The position numbers were made by a program, and so were the translations under genes. The notes under the pieces were generated by a model. It had not been told where the DNA came from and did no database searches. It saw nothing but the letters and a program-made list of their open reading frames with translations. Below are positions 38,955 through 49,043 of a stretch of DNA of 49,386 nt, piece after piece. Within the stretch, counting starts at the first letter, position 1. Every line of letters begins with the position of its first letter. Source of the DNA: an uncultured Odoribacter sp. (GTDB lineage: Bacteria > Bacteroidota > Bacteroidia > Bacteroidales > Marinifilaceae); the NCBI GenBank assembly GCA_964564205.1, contig CAZMAE010000159.1:1-49386 (forward strand), in the 5' to 3' direction.

Positions 38955-40187
38955 TCAGGCAAAAAACAAATAGGCCACCACCACTGCAGCTATCATCCCG
39001 GCCAAGTCGGCCAGCAAACCGCAAGGAACGGCATAACGGGTATTCCTGATTCCCACGGCACCGAAATAGACCGCTATAATATAAAACGTAGTATCCGTAG
39101 CCCCCTGAAAAGTACAGGCCAACCGACCGGCAAACGAATCGGCTCCATAGGTGGTCATCGTATCTATCATCATGCCCCGGGCACCGCTGCCGCTCAGGGG
39201 CTTCATCAAGGCTGTCGGCAAAGCCGCCACCCAATCCGCGTCAAATCCCAGAGCTGTCACCACACCGGAAACACTGTCCATCAAAATCTCCATAGCACCC
39301 GAAGCCCTGAATACCCCGATCCCGACCAGAACAGCAATCAGATAAGGAATGATTTTGACAGCCGTCGAAAATCCGTCTTTCGCCCCGTCGATAAAAGCAT
39401 CGTACACATTCACTCTTTTCCACACCGCCATAGCGATGAACAAAATCATAATACCGAAAAGAACCAGATGGCTGATCAGACCGGAAGCCACGGCCAGTTC
39501 CTCTTTGCTCAAACCCGAAAAATACCAGATCACCCCACCGATAAGGCCTGTGAATCCTCCCAGGTAAAGCAGAATCACCTTGTTCCACAACCGTATACGC
39601 TGAATCAAAGCAACAGTGACCAACCCGACAAGCGTCGAGCAATATGTCGCAATGAGAATCGGTAAAAAAATATCAGTCGGATTGGCCGCACCCAACTGCG
39701 TACGGTAAACCATAATAGACACAGGAACGATGGTAAGTCCGGAAGTATTCAGCACCAGGAACATAATTTGTGCATCCGAAGCGGCTTTAGGCCGGGAATT
39801 GACTTCCTGCATTTGCTGCATGGCCTTCAGACCCATCGGCGTAGCCGCATTATCCAAGCCCAGCATATTGGCAGCCAGGTTCATCATAATCGAACCCTGA
39901 GCAGGGCTATCGGCAGGTAACCCGGGAAAAAGACGTCTGAAAAAAGGATGGATCAACCAGGACATGGCCGACACAGCCCCTCCCTTTTCCCCGACTTTCA
40001 TGATCCCCATCCACAAGGTCAACACCCCCGTCAACCCCAGGGAAATTTCGAATCCTGTTTTCGACATGTCGAAGGCAGAATTGACAACGGTTCCGAAAAT
40101 TTCGGTATCCCCCAGAAACAACAAACGGTAAAGCGCTACAGCAAAAGCGGTCAAAAAGAAAAAAATCCAGATGTAATTCAGCACCAT
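38955..40187 (-). CDS. Fused SpmA/SpmB nucleoside-recognition (Gate) membrane protein
   Basis: ANMLGLDNAATPMGLKAM, KPLSGSGARG, TDTTFYIIAVYFG. Confidence 0.9.
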   Translation of the reverse strand: MVLNYIWIFFFLTAFAVALYRLLFLGDTEIFGTVVNSAFDMSKTGFEISLGLTGVLTLWMGIMKVGEKGGAVSAMSWLIHPFFRRLFPGLPADSPAQGSIMMNLAANMLGLDNAATPMGLKAMQQMQEVNSRPKAASDAQIMFLVLNTSGLTIVPVSIMVYRTQLGAANPTDIFLPILIATYCSTLVGLVTVALIQRIRLWNKVILLYLGGFTGLIGGVIWYFSGLSKEELAVASGLISHLVLFGIMILFIAMAVWKRVNVYDAFIDGAKDGFSTAVKIIPYLIAVLVGIGVFRASGAMEILMDSVSGVVTALGFDADWVAALPTALMKPLSGSGARGMMIDTMTTYGADSFAGRLACTFQGATDTTFYIIAVYFGAVGIRNTRYAVPCGLLADLAGMIAAVVVAYLFFA

Positions 40188-40254
40188 AGGAAGGATGTGA
40201 AAAAGATTAAAGAGAACGGAGAAGACGGGGGATCCCCCCTTCTTCCCCGCTTAT

Positions 40255-41127
40255 TCACAAGCCTTTGCAAGCTTTCAATGTATTTTGCAACAAAGAGACG
40301 ATCGTCATGGGACCGACGCCCCCCGGAACAGGAGTGATAAAAGAACATTTAGGGGCAACATTTTCGAAATCCACATCTCCGACCAGCCGGAATCCGGACT
40401 TTGTTTTATCCGACGGAACCCGGTGAATACCGACGTCCACCACGACAGCCCTTTCTTTAACCATACCGGCCGTGACAAAATGAGGTTTGCCCACTGCGGC
40501 AATCAGAATGTCCGCCTGCCGGGTATACTGTTCGATATTCCGGGTACGGCTATGACACAGCGTAACCGTACAATCGGCATATTCCCCTTTTCTGGACATC
40601 AGCACCGCCATCGGCGTTCCGACAATATTGCTACGTCCGATCACCACACAATGCTTTCCCCGGGTCTCAATCCGGTAGCGTTTCAACAATTCCATGATTC
40701 CTGCAGGTGTAGCGGGCAAATAGGCCGGAAGTCCTGTCACCATTTTTCCCGTATTACAGGGATGAAAACCATCCACATCCTTAGCGGGATCGATAGCGAG
40801 CAACACCTTTTGTTCCTGAATATGCTCCGGCAAAGGCAGCTGCACAATATAGCCGTCCACATCCTCGTCCCGGTTCAGGCGGTCGACCACCTCCAACAAC
40901 TGCTCTTCGGTTATCTCCGTGGAATAACGCAACTCCGTACTTTTAAATCCAACTTCCCGGCAAGCTCTCACTTTACTGGCCACATAAGTCTCACTGGCAG
41001 GATCATTTCCCACCAACACAGCTGCCAAGTGAGGGATTTTATGTCCCTGAGCTTTCAGGATGCCGACCTCGTCGGCCAGTTCCTGCTTGATCAGCGCGGC
41101 AATTTTTTTTCCGTCTATTAATTCCAT
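40255..41127 (-). CDS. folD: Methylenetetrahydrofolate dehydrogenase/cyclohydrolase
   Basis: [30 protein letters not shown]. Confidence 0.97.
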   Translation of the reverse strand: MELIDGKKIAALIKQELADEVGILKAQGHKIPHLAAVLVGNDPASETYVASKVRACREVGFKSTELRYSTEITEEQLLEVVDRLNRDEDVDGYIVQLPLPEHIQEQKVLLAIDPAKDVDGFHPCNTGKMVTGLPAYLPATPAGIMELLKRYRIETRGKHCVVIGRSNIVGTPMAVLMSRKGEYADCTVTLCHSRTRNIEQYTRQADILIAAVGKPHFVTAGMVKERAVVVDVGIHRVPSDKTKSGFRLVGDVDFENVAPKCSFITPVPGGVGPMTIVSLLQNTLKACKGL

Positions 41128-41155
41128 ATTGTTATTTTACATTGGACGACAAGCA

Positions 41156-42481
41156 TCAGCGCCTCATTCCCGGCATTCTTCTCATCAGCTTATTTCCTCC
41201 CGACAACATCTTCATCATTTTCTTGGATTCTTCAAACTGCTTCAACAGGCGGTTTACCTCCTGCACTGTTGTTCCGCTCCCCTTGGCGATACGCATCCGG
41301 CGCGAACCGTTGATGATATCCGGATTCTCCCTTTCCTGTGCAGTCATTGAATAAATAATAGCTTCCACACCCTTGAAGGCATCGTCATCTATATCCACAT
41401 CCTTCAGCGCTTTGCCCACTCCGGGAATCATAGAAGCCAGATCCTTGATATTTCCCATCTTTTTGATCTGCTGAATCTGACTCAGAAAATCATTGAAATT
41501 AAACTGATTCCGGGAAATTTTCTTTTGCAATTTTTTAGCTTCCTCCGCATCGAATTGCTCCTGCGCCCTTTCTACAAGGGAGACAATATCTCCCATACCG
41601 AGAATACGGTCGGCCATACGTTCGGGATGAAAGGCATCCAGCGCATCCAATTTTTCTCCGGTACCGACATACTTGATCGGTTTATTCACCACAGTACGGA
41701 TGGAAAGAGCGGCTCCGCCCCGGGTATCGCCATCCAGTTTCGTCAGGATCACCCCGTTAAAATCCAGCCGGTCGTTAAATTCTTTGGCCGTATTGACGGC
41801 ATCCTGACCGGTCATGGCATCTACCACAAACAAAGTCTCGTTAGGCTGTATGGCATTTTTAATGGCAGCGATCTCTTTCATCATCTCCTCATCCACCGCC
41901 AGCCGGCCAGCCGTATCGACAATGACGATATCCTTCCCGTTCTCTTTGGCAAACTTTATGGCGTCGCAGGCAATCTTCACCGGATCCTTGATCGTTTCAT
42001 CACTGTACACAGGAACATCGATCTGCTGTCCCAGCACCTTCAATTGTTCGATGGCCGCTGGACGATACACGTCACAAGCCACCAACAAAGGCTTTTTGCC
42101 CTTTTTATTCTTCAACAGATTGGCAAACTTACCCGAAAAGGTGGTCTTTCCCGACCCCTGCAAGCCCGACATCAGGATGATGGCCGGATGTCCCTTGATA
42201 TCGACTTCCACATTACGTCCACCCATCAGTTCCGCCAGCTCATCGTGAACAATCTTCACCATCATCTGCCCCGGTTTCACAGCAGTCAGCACATTCATGC
42301 CCAAAGCCTTCTCCTTTACCCGGTTCGTAAAATCCTTGGCGATCTTATAATTAACGTCAGCATCCAACAAAGACCTTCTGACCTCTTTCAGGGTTTCCGC
42401 CACATTCAGTTCAGTGATCTTGCCCTGCCCTTTCAATATTTTGAACGACCGTTCTAATCTTTCCGATAAATTCTCAAACAT
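41156..42481 (-). CDS. ffh: Signal recognition particle protein
   Basis: GLQGSGKTT, DTAGR, TKLDGD.RGG, M domain RIAKGSG. Confidence 0.98.
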   Translation of the reverse strand: MFENLSERLERSFKILKGQGKITELNVAETLKEVRRSLLDADVNYKIAKDFTNRVKEKALGMNVLTAVKPGQMMVKIVHDELAELMGGRNVEVDIKGHPAIILMSGLQGSGKTTFSGKFANLLKNKKGKKPLLVACDVYRPAAIEQLKVLGQQIDVPVYSDETIKDPVKIACDAIKFAKENGKDIVIVDTAGRLAVDEEMMKEIAAIKNAIQPNETLFVVDAMTGQDAVNTAKEFNDRLDFNGVILTKLDGDTRGGAALSIRTVVNKPIKYVGTGEKLDALDAFHPERMADRILGMGDIVSLVERAQEQFDAEEAKKLQKKISRNQFNFNDFLSQIQQIKKMGNIKDLASMIPGVGKALKDVDIDDDAFKGVEAIIYSMTAQERENPDIINGSRRMRIAKGSGTTVQEVNRLLKQFEESKKMMKMLSGGNKLMRRMPGMRR

Positions 42482-42511
42482 GTCTTACACTATTACTTGA
42501 TTTATTTTTTT

Positions 42512-43171
42512 CTATCGCTTTCCTATGTTCTTCAAAACAACAAAAGTCTTATCGATCAAATCATTATCCACTACAACGGTAAACTCATTGGTCGAAGAAA
42601 TCACTTCCGTCAGATTGATACCCTCCCACGACAATTCTTTCATGATCATATAATAAAAACCGGCCTGCATGCTATTTCCCTTCGGCAGCTTCAGCGTCAC
42701 GGAAGAGAGCCCTCCCCGCCTGAACAAACATAATTCATCTCTGAAATAATCGTCGATCAAAGATTTTACGGTATCGCTGATCACTATGTTCGTTTCGAAA
42801 ACCCCCTGCACCATCGTATAGAAAATCTCATCGTTTTTGACCAGCTTTTTCAGCACTTCTATATGACAATCCAATAAAGTGGGAGAATTTTTAAAAGTAT
42901 AATCGCAAAGATTGCTGCGAAGAATAATATCCCCCATATTGCTCAGCAACTTATTCAACTGCACTTGTTCACGGACCTGCAAATAAGGAGCCAGCCGGTT
43001 CAATGCCATCACAATGGCTCCTGTATTCACTTCCCTGCCCAATATTTTCTCCACATCCGGTTGCAATTGCCGGGCCAGAGAAGACACATTGATAATTCCC
43101 GCAGCCAGCGATTCCGACAAATAAGGACTATGCTTTACAAGCTCTTCTACAACACGAGAAATACTCATCAT
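42512..43171 (-). CDS. Hypothetical protein with HTH-like N-terminus and ACT-like C-terminus
   Basis: IINVSSLARQL...VNTGAIVMALNRL, then EGINLTEVISSTNEFTVVVD. No kinase domain. TATTTTTG -7 element at 43226-43233 on the - strand. Confidence 0.7.
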   Translation of the reverse strand: MMSISRVVEELVKHSPYLSESLAAGIINVSSLARQLQPDVEKILGREVNTGAIVMALNRLAPYLQVREQVQLNKLLSNMGDIILRSNLCDYTFKNSPTLLDCHIEVLKKLVKNDEIFYTMVQGVFETNIVISDTVKSLIDDYFRDELCLFRRGGLSSVTLKLPKGNSMQAGFYYMIMKELSWEGINLTEVISSTNEFTVVVDNDLIDKTFVVLKNIGKR

Positions 43172-43319
43172 TTACCGTATTTTAATATTCATACTCCGAT
43201 CGCCCGGCATTTGTTTAATTTTCAACAAAAATAATATTTTTCAGGTATTCCGTTGCCCCAAAAATAAAAAAATCTTCTCCGGCATCCGCTTTTTTTCTCT
43301 CTGAATTCTTCTTTCCAGA

Positions 43320-44066
43320 CTAAAATCCCCTCTGTCTTCTCCCCTCATACACAATCACAGCTGCCGCAGCCGAAACGTTCAGAGACTCTATTTGCCCGTA
43401 CTGAGGTATTTTGATGCAATCCGTAACAATACTCAACAATCCTTCATCGATTCCTTTATCTTCGGAGCCCATGATCACAGCGGTGGGCAAAGTCATATCC
43501 ACCTGAGTGTAAACCCTCTCCGCCTTCTCGGTAGCGGCATACACCCGGAGCCCCCTTTGGAATTTCAATTCGCGGACCACCTTTTTCAGATTCTGCACCC
43601 GGCAGACCGGCAAATGATAGATAGCCCCCGCCGATGTTTTCAACGCATCAGACGATATCTTAGCGGAATTCTTATTCGGGATGACTACTGCATCCACACC
43701 CGCACATTCGGCACTCCGGACGATGGCCCCGAAATTCCGGACATCCGTTATCCGGTCGAGGATCAGGATAAAAGGCACTTCCCCGCGGGCGACAGCCCCA
43801 TCCAGCACCTCATCCAATTCCTGATAAGGAACAGGAGCCACTTCGGCCAACACCCCCTGGTGATTCCTGCCATCAAAAGGCTTGAACATCTCATCGGGTA
43901 CATACTGAAAGGGAATATTGCGACTACGAAGCAAAGTGAACAACTGCTGGAACAATTCCCCCCGGATGCCCTGCTTCAGCATCACCTTGTCGATTTCCTT
44001 TTCTTCCTGTATCGCCTCGATGACCGCCCGGATACCGAAAATCCATTCTTGTTTATATTTTGCCAT
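43320..44066 (-). CDS. rlmB: 23S rRNA (guanosine2251-2'-O)-methyltransferase, SpoU family
   Basis: NHQGV, D.RNFGAIVRSA, MGSE..G, IESLNVSAA. Confidence 0.93.
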   Translation of the reverse strand: MAKYKQEWIFGIRAVIEAIQEEKEIDKVMLKQGIRGELFQQLFTLLRSRNIPFQYVPDEMFKPFDGRNHQGVLAEVAPVPYQELDEVLDGAVARGEVPFILILDRITDVRNFGAIVRSAECAGVDAVVIPNKNSAKISSDALKTSAGAIYHLPVCRVQNLKKVVRELKFQRGLRVYAATEKAERVYTQVDMTLPTAVIMGSEDKGIDEGLLSIVTDCIKIPQYGQIESLNVSAAAAVIVYEGRRQRGF

Positions 44067-44150
44067 AATCCATTTGTTTTAATAAACCATACATCAACAT
44101 TCCATCGCATGAGGGTTCATTTTACCCGAAAATCCAGCCCCTCACCGGGT

Positions 44151-46088
44151 TCAATTACCAGCCTTTCTTTTCAGCTCTTCCGCTTCGAGCGTCGCACTTT
44201 CCCACACGTTCATCGCTTCCTCCAGCTGCTTCTGTTTTTCTCCATATTCTACCAGCAATTCCTCGTGAACAAGGCCGGCATTCATTTTTTCCTCCATGAG
44301 TGCAATCTCCTTTTCCAATGCGGCGACGGCCTCCTCTGCCCGGGTCACCTTTTGTTCCGCCCTCTTCACCTCACGATTCAGTTGTTTCCGTTCTTCAAAC
44401 GACAGTCTGCTGCTTTTCACCGCTTCTACGCCTGCCACTACAGGAGCAGATTTATGCAACTGCTCGTACTCCCTGAAACAGGCAATTTTTTTAGCGGCCA
44501 AGAAATCGGCAATTCCGCCTAAATATTCCTTTACATTCTGATTGGCAAATTCATACACTTTATCCGCCAATCCTGTCAGGAAATCCCGGTCGTGAGAAAC
44601 CACAATCACCGTCCCTTCAAATTTCCGAAGCGCCTCTTTGAGAATATCCTTTGTTCTCATATCCAGATGATTGGTCGGTTCATCCAATATCAACACATTA
44701 TAAGGCTCGAGCAACAACCTCACCATAGCCAAACGAGTTCTTTCGCCACCAGAAAGCACCTTCACCTTTTTTTCCACCTCTTCGCCTGAAAACAGAAAAG
44801 CGCCCAGAATATCCCGCATTTTCTTACGGATCTCCCCTTCGGCCACCCGGTCCACCGTTTCCAGCACCGTCAGTTCGGTATCCAGCAAATCCGCCTGATT
44901 TTGAGCAAAATAACCCATATTCACCTGATGACCGATTTTCAATTCGCCCTCAAACGGGATCTCATTCATGATCATCTTCACCAAGGTCGACTTACCTTCA
45001 CCGTTTTTACCGACAAACGCCACCTTTTCTCCTCTCCTGATATCGATGTTCAGCTGCTTCAGCACTTGATGATCCCCGTAAGCCTTCGACAAATTGCGAC
45101 CGGTAATCACCAGTTCGCCCGAACGCACCGCCGGCTGGAAACGGACCGTGATACGCGCAGCGTCCTCCTCTTCCACCTCGATCCTTTCCAGCTTTTCCAG
45201 CTGCTTGATGCGCGACTGCACCTGTACCGATTTCGTTGCCTTATACCGGAAGCGCTCGATAAACTCCTCCGTATCCCTGATCTGCTTCTGTTGATTCTGA
45301 TAAGCCCTCCATTGTTGCTCTATCCGTTCTTTCCGCAATGTTTCAAAATTGGAATAGGACACTTTATAATCGTATACCTTGCCCAGAGAAATTTCAATCG
45401 TACGGGTAGTAACATTGTCCAGAAAAGCCCGGTCGTGCGACACCAACACAATGGCTCCCGGATAACTCTGCAAAAACGACTCCAGCCAGGAAATCGATTC
45501 AATATCCAAGTGATTGGTCGGTTCGTCCAATAAAAAGATATCCGGACGCGCCAAAAGAATCTTGGCCAACTCAATCCTCATCCGCCAGCCTCCGCTAAAC
45601 TCTCCGCAATTGCGGCCGAGATCCTCCTGTCGGAATCCCAAGCCTTTCAGGACCACTTCAACCTCCTTGGTTATATTCCCTTCTCCCCGGATATTCAGCA
45701 ATTCGGTTTTCCCATGAATTTTATCCAGCAATTTCATATACGCCTGGGAATCATAATCTTCCCGGGCAGCCAATTCCAGATTCAACTTCTCCACCTCTTC
45801 CTTCAACCGGAACAAATCGGCAAAAGCCTTTTCCGCTTCTTCCCTCACCGTATTCTCATTCGTGTATACTTTTGTCTGGGGCAAATAGCCGATTTTTATA
45901 TCCGAAGCCATCGAAATACTCCCTTCCGAAGGACTCTGAAGCCCCGCCAGCATTTTCAGGGTGGTCGACTTCCCCGCACCGTTGCGGCCCGTCAAGCCAA
46001 TCCGATCCTTTTTGTTTATCAGAAAAGAAACCGAATCCAACAGATAAAAACCTCCGAATATTACGCTGACATTATTTACTGAAATCAT
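44151..46088 (-). CDS. ABC-F family ATP-binding protein
   Basis: Two ABC cassettes (GRNGAGKST, GKNGEGKST, LDEPTNHLD twice), no TM, C-terminal coiled coil. TATCTTTG -7 element at 46112-46119 on the - strand. Confidence 0.94.
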   Translation of the reverse strand: MISVNNVSVIFGGFYLLDSVSFLINKKDRIGLTGRNGAGKSTTLKMLAGLQSPSEGSISMASDIKIGYLPQTKVYTNENTVREEAEKAFADLFRLKEEVEKLNLELAAREDYDSQAYMKLLDKIHGKTELLNIRGEGNITKEVEVVLKGLGFRQEDLGRNCGEFSGGWRMRIELAKILLARPDIFLLDEPTNHLDIESISWLESFLQSYPGAIVLVSHDRAFLDNVTTRTIEISLGKVYDYKVSYSNFETLRKERIEQQWRAYQNQQKQIRDTEEFIERFRYKATKSVQVQSRIKQLEKLERIEVEEEDAARITVRFQPAVRSGELVITGRNLSKAYGDHQVLKQLNIDIRRGEKVAFVGKNGEGKSTLVKMIMNEIPFEGELKIGHQVNMGYFAQNQADLLDTELTVLETVDRVAEGEIRKKMRDILGAFLFSGEEVEKKVKVLSGGERTRLAMVRLLLEPYNVLILDEPTNHLDMRTKDILKEALRKFEGTVIVVSHDRDFLTGLADKVYEFANQNVKEYLGGIADFLAAKKIACFREYEQLHKSAPVVAGVEAVKSSRLSFEERKQLNREVKRAEQKVTRAEEAVAALEKEIALMEEKMNAGLVHEELLVEYGEKQKQLEEAMNVWESATLEAEELKRKAGN

Positions 46089-46172
46089 ACCCTAGATTAT
46101 AAAGTCCGGCGCAAAGATAGCGAAAAAAGCCTAAAGCTGCTTTTTGTCATGTTTTATCTAACCGGATTTCAC

Positions 46173-46180
46173 TATTTTTG
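46173..46180 (+). promoter_or_regulatory. -7 element (TATTTTTG) upstream of pruA
   Basis: Matches TAnnTTTG, about 150 nt before the pruA ATG. Confidence 0.55.
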
Positions 46181-46331
46181 TATAAAACAGGTGGCGTTGG
46201 GAGCAAAGCCGAATCATCCGGTTTTACTCCCGGCGGGTATCCATCCTGTTCAGCCGGGCCCCTGCCGGGAACACCTTGGCAAACACCTGAAAATACGAAC
46301 CGAAATCTGTCTAACTTAAAAACCATAAATT

Positions 46332-47963
46332 ATGCCCAAAGGAGTTTATCAATTACCAGCCATTACCAACGAACCGATTAAAAGTTATGCACCGGGAACT
46401 CCCGAACGAGCTGCTTTAAAAGCAAAAATCGCAGAAATCAGAAACACGGTGGTCGATCTTCCGATGATCATCGGAGGCAAAGAAATCCGCACGGATAAAC
46501 TGGCCGACATCCGGCCACCCCACAACCACCGGCACCTCCTCGGTCACTATCACCAGGGCGATGCCAGCCATGTACGCATGGCCATCGATGCCGCCTTACA
46601 AGCCAAACCGGTCTGGGAAAAGATGCATTGGGAAAGCCGCGCAGCCATCTTTTTAAAAGCCGCCGAACTCATTGCCGGCCCCTACCGCCAGTTGCTGAAT
46701 GCCGTAACCATGCTGGGGCAATCCAAAAATGCCTTTCAGGCTGAAATAGACTGTGTATGCGAATTGGCTGATTTCTACCGTTTCAACGTCAAAAACATGT
46801 ACGACCTCTACCACATGCAGCCCAATTCTTCCCCCGGCATCTGGAACCGTACGGTATGGCGTCCCCTCGAAGGATTCATATTCGCCCTCACTCCCTTCAA
46901 TTTCACTTCCATTGCCGGAAATCTGCCGGGAGCTCCGGCCTTAATGGGCAACGTTTGCGTCTGGAAGCCCTCTAAAACCGCCGTCTATTCCGCTTATATC
47001 ATCATGAAAATACTCCGGGAAGCCGGTCTGCCCGACGGAGTGATCAATCTGGTGTATTGTTCCGGTCCCACGGCTTCCGAGGTCATTTTCAGCCATCCGG
47101 ATTTTGCCGGCATTCATTTTACCGGCTCCACGGGAGTATTCAACGACATTTGGTCGACCATCGTGAAAAATATAGGCCACTACCGTTCTTATCCGCGGAT
47201 CGTAGGGGAAACCGGAGGTAAAGATTACGTATTTGCCGATCCGACGGCCAAAGCCAAACCGGTAGCCACCGCTCTTGTACGCGGAGCATTCGAATACCAG
47301 GGACAAAAATGTTCGGCAGCCTCCCGGGCCTACATCCCTTCCAATATCTGGCCGGAAGTAAAAGCCCTGATGGAAGCCGACATGGCCCGGATTACCACCG
47401 GCGGAGTGGAAGATTTCCGTAACTTTGTCAATGCCGTCATCGACGAAAACTCCTTCGACAAACTGGCAAAAGCCATAGACGAAGCCCAAACTTCTCCCGA
47501 TGCCGAAGTGATTTTGGGCGGACAATACGACAAATCGGAAGGCTACTTTATTCACCCCACCGTAATCCTCGCCCACAAACCCGACTATGCAACCATGCGC
47601 GAAGAATTATTCGGTCCGGTACTGACGGTCTACGTCTACGCCCCCGATAAAATGGACGAAACCCTGGACCTGCTCGACTCCGGTTCCGCTTACGCCCTCA
47701 CCGGCGCCATTTTCTCCAATGACAGGCACAACATTGAAAAACTTACCGAACGGCTGACCCACACGGCGGGAAATTTCTACATCAACGACAAGCCTACGGG
47801 TGCCGTTGTGGACCAACAACCTTTCGGCGGAGGACGTGCTTCGGGAACAAACGACAAAGCAGGATCAGTTTTTAATCTGCTGAGATGGGTATCTCCCCAG
47901 TGCATCAAAGAAACCTTTATTCCGGCAATGAACTACATGTATCCGAACTTTACGGAGGAATAA
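46332..47963 (+). CDS. pruA: L-glutamate gamma-semialdehyde (P5C) dehydrogenase
   Basis: PFNF, FTGST, ETGGKD, GQKCSA, INDKPTGAVV.QQPFGG. Confidence 0.95.
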   Translation: MPKGVYQLPAITNEPIKSYAPGTPERAALKAKIAEIRNTVVDLPMIIGGKEIRTDKLADIRPPHNHRHLLGHYHQGDASHVRMAIDAALQAKPVWEKMHWESRAAIFLKAAELIAGPYRQLLNAVTMLGQSKNAFQAEIDCVCELADFYRFNVKNMYDLYHMQPNSSPGIWNRTVWRPLEGFIFALTPFNFTSIAGNLPGAPALMGNVCVWKPSKTAVYSAYIIMKILREAGLPDGVINLVYCSGPTASEVIFSHPDFAGIHFTGSTGVFNDIWSTIVKNIGHYRSYPRIVGETGGKDYVFADPTAKAKPVATALVRGAFEYQGQKCSAASRAYIPSNIWPEVKALMEADMARITTGGVEDFRNFVNAVIDENSFDKLAKAIDEAQTSPDAEVILGGQYDKSEGYFIHPTVILAHKPDYATMREELFGPVLTVYVYAPDKMDETLDLLDSGSAYALTGAIFSNDRHNIEKLTERLTHTAGNFYINDKPTGAVVDQQPFGGGRASGTNDKAGSVFNLLRWVSPQCIKETFIPAMNYMYPNFTEE

Positions 47964-47986
47964 TTCCTCTGTACATTATAATTTTG

Positions 47987-48030
47987 AAGAAGCTGTCTAA
48001 CCATAAACCGTTATTCAGCTTCTTTCTTTT
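47987..48030 (+). terminator. Putative terminator after pruA
   Basis: AAGAAGCTG ... CAGCTTCTT followed by TCTTTT. Confidence 0.55.
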
Positions 48031-48234
48031 CCAATATTCATTACACTCTCCTCATCAGACCACCCTGCCGGAAAAAAATGGATCGTACGGCAACCGGAAC
48101 AGCCCGTTAAAATAATCCCCCGAATGCAAAATCTTTTATAAAACACAACATTTACTGTTTTTTCAGGTATAAGGAGATGATTGACTCTGTCAAAAAAGTA
48201 TACCGATTGTTTCATAAATTAGATTCTAAAAAAA

Positions 48235-48672
48235 ATGAAAAGCACAATGATTAAGACTATTGCCGTACTATTGGTAGTAGCCACCACGGCATCCTGCTAC
48301 GGTCCCTTTCGTCTGACCAACAAACTGCACAACTGGAACGGACAGGTATCACAAAAGAAATTCGTCAACGAACTGGTATTTCTCGCCATGTGTATCATCC
48401 CTGCCTACGAGTTTTGTCTTTTGGGCGACGGTTTGGTACTGAACTCTATCGAATGGTGGGGAGGACGTAACCCGGTTTCTCTGAAGGAAGGCGAAACGGA
48501 AGAAATCGATTTTATGCATCAGGGAAAAATGTATAAGATTGTGACCAGCAAAAACTCCATGACCATAGCCCTGAAAGATTCCGAAGAAAAGGTGGATTTC
48601 AAATATTTCCCCGAAGAAAACCGCTGGTATCAGATGGATGGCGAAGTGAAAGTAATGGCAGTACAGGAATGA
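48235..48672 (+). CDS. DUF3332 family lipoprotein
   Basis: TASC lipobox, CYGPFRLT.KL..WN, KFVNELVF, NSIEWWGG.NP. Confidence 0.82.
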   Translation: MKSTMIKTIAVLLVVATTASCYGPFRLTNKLHNWNGQVSQKKFVNELVFLAMCIIPAYEFCLLGDGLVLNSIEWWGGRNPVSLKEGETEEIDFMHQGKMYKIVTSKNSMTIALKDSEEKVDFKYFPEENRWYQMDGEVKVMAVQE

Positions 48673-48678
48673 AAATTC

Positions 48679-48781
48679 AGGTCGGTGTACTTTTGTAGAC
48701 TTCGGATGAAAACATAGATCGCCCTTTTTATCCCCGGACCAAAATAGTTTCTATTCAAACGTTACAAAAGTACACCGTCCT
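48679..48781. repeat. 103-bp palindromic element with a 15-bp perfect core inverted repeat
   Basis: CGGTGTACTTTTGTA (48683-48697) / TACAAAAGTACACCG (48763-48777), extending imperfectly to about 35 bp. Confidence 0.85.
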
Positions 48782-49043
48782 AAAGGAACTACATCCACAC
48801 TTTCCTTTACATCCCCTACCTTACCGGACAAGTAAATTGAAAACTGTTCTGACGCAACGAGAAGAAACGCTCACGAAAAACGGCTTCCACACCGGAAGGC
48901 TGTGCTCGACCACAGACTCCCCCAAAAAGCAAATATAGTAAAACAAGCATCCGCATCGTCATCAGGTTATTTCTGCAAAATAAGGAGCTGGGTGCACACC
49001 GGATACTACGCCTCCTCCGGTGAGGGACAAAACGGACAGTCTG

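Noticed and set aside
38955..40187. Sporulation system (SpmA/B together with the SpoIIAA-like STAS gene)
   Set aside because: Fused SpmAB and STAS proteins are common in non-sporulating Bacteroidota, and no other sporulation genes are present.
40285..45533. Long + strand ORFs (278, 310, 376 and 210 aa)
   Set aside because: Antisense shadows of folD, ffh, rlmB and ABC-F.
44151..46088. Antibiotic-resistance ABC-F
   Set aside because: Housekeeping context next to rlmB, a very short leader with no attenuator, and no mobile-element signs.
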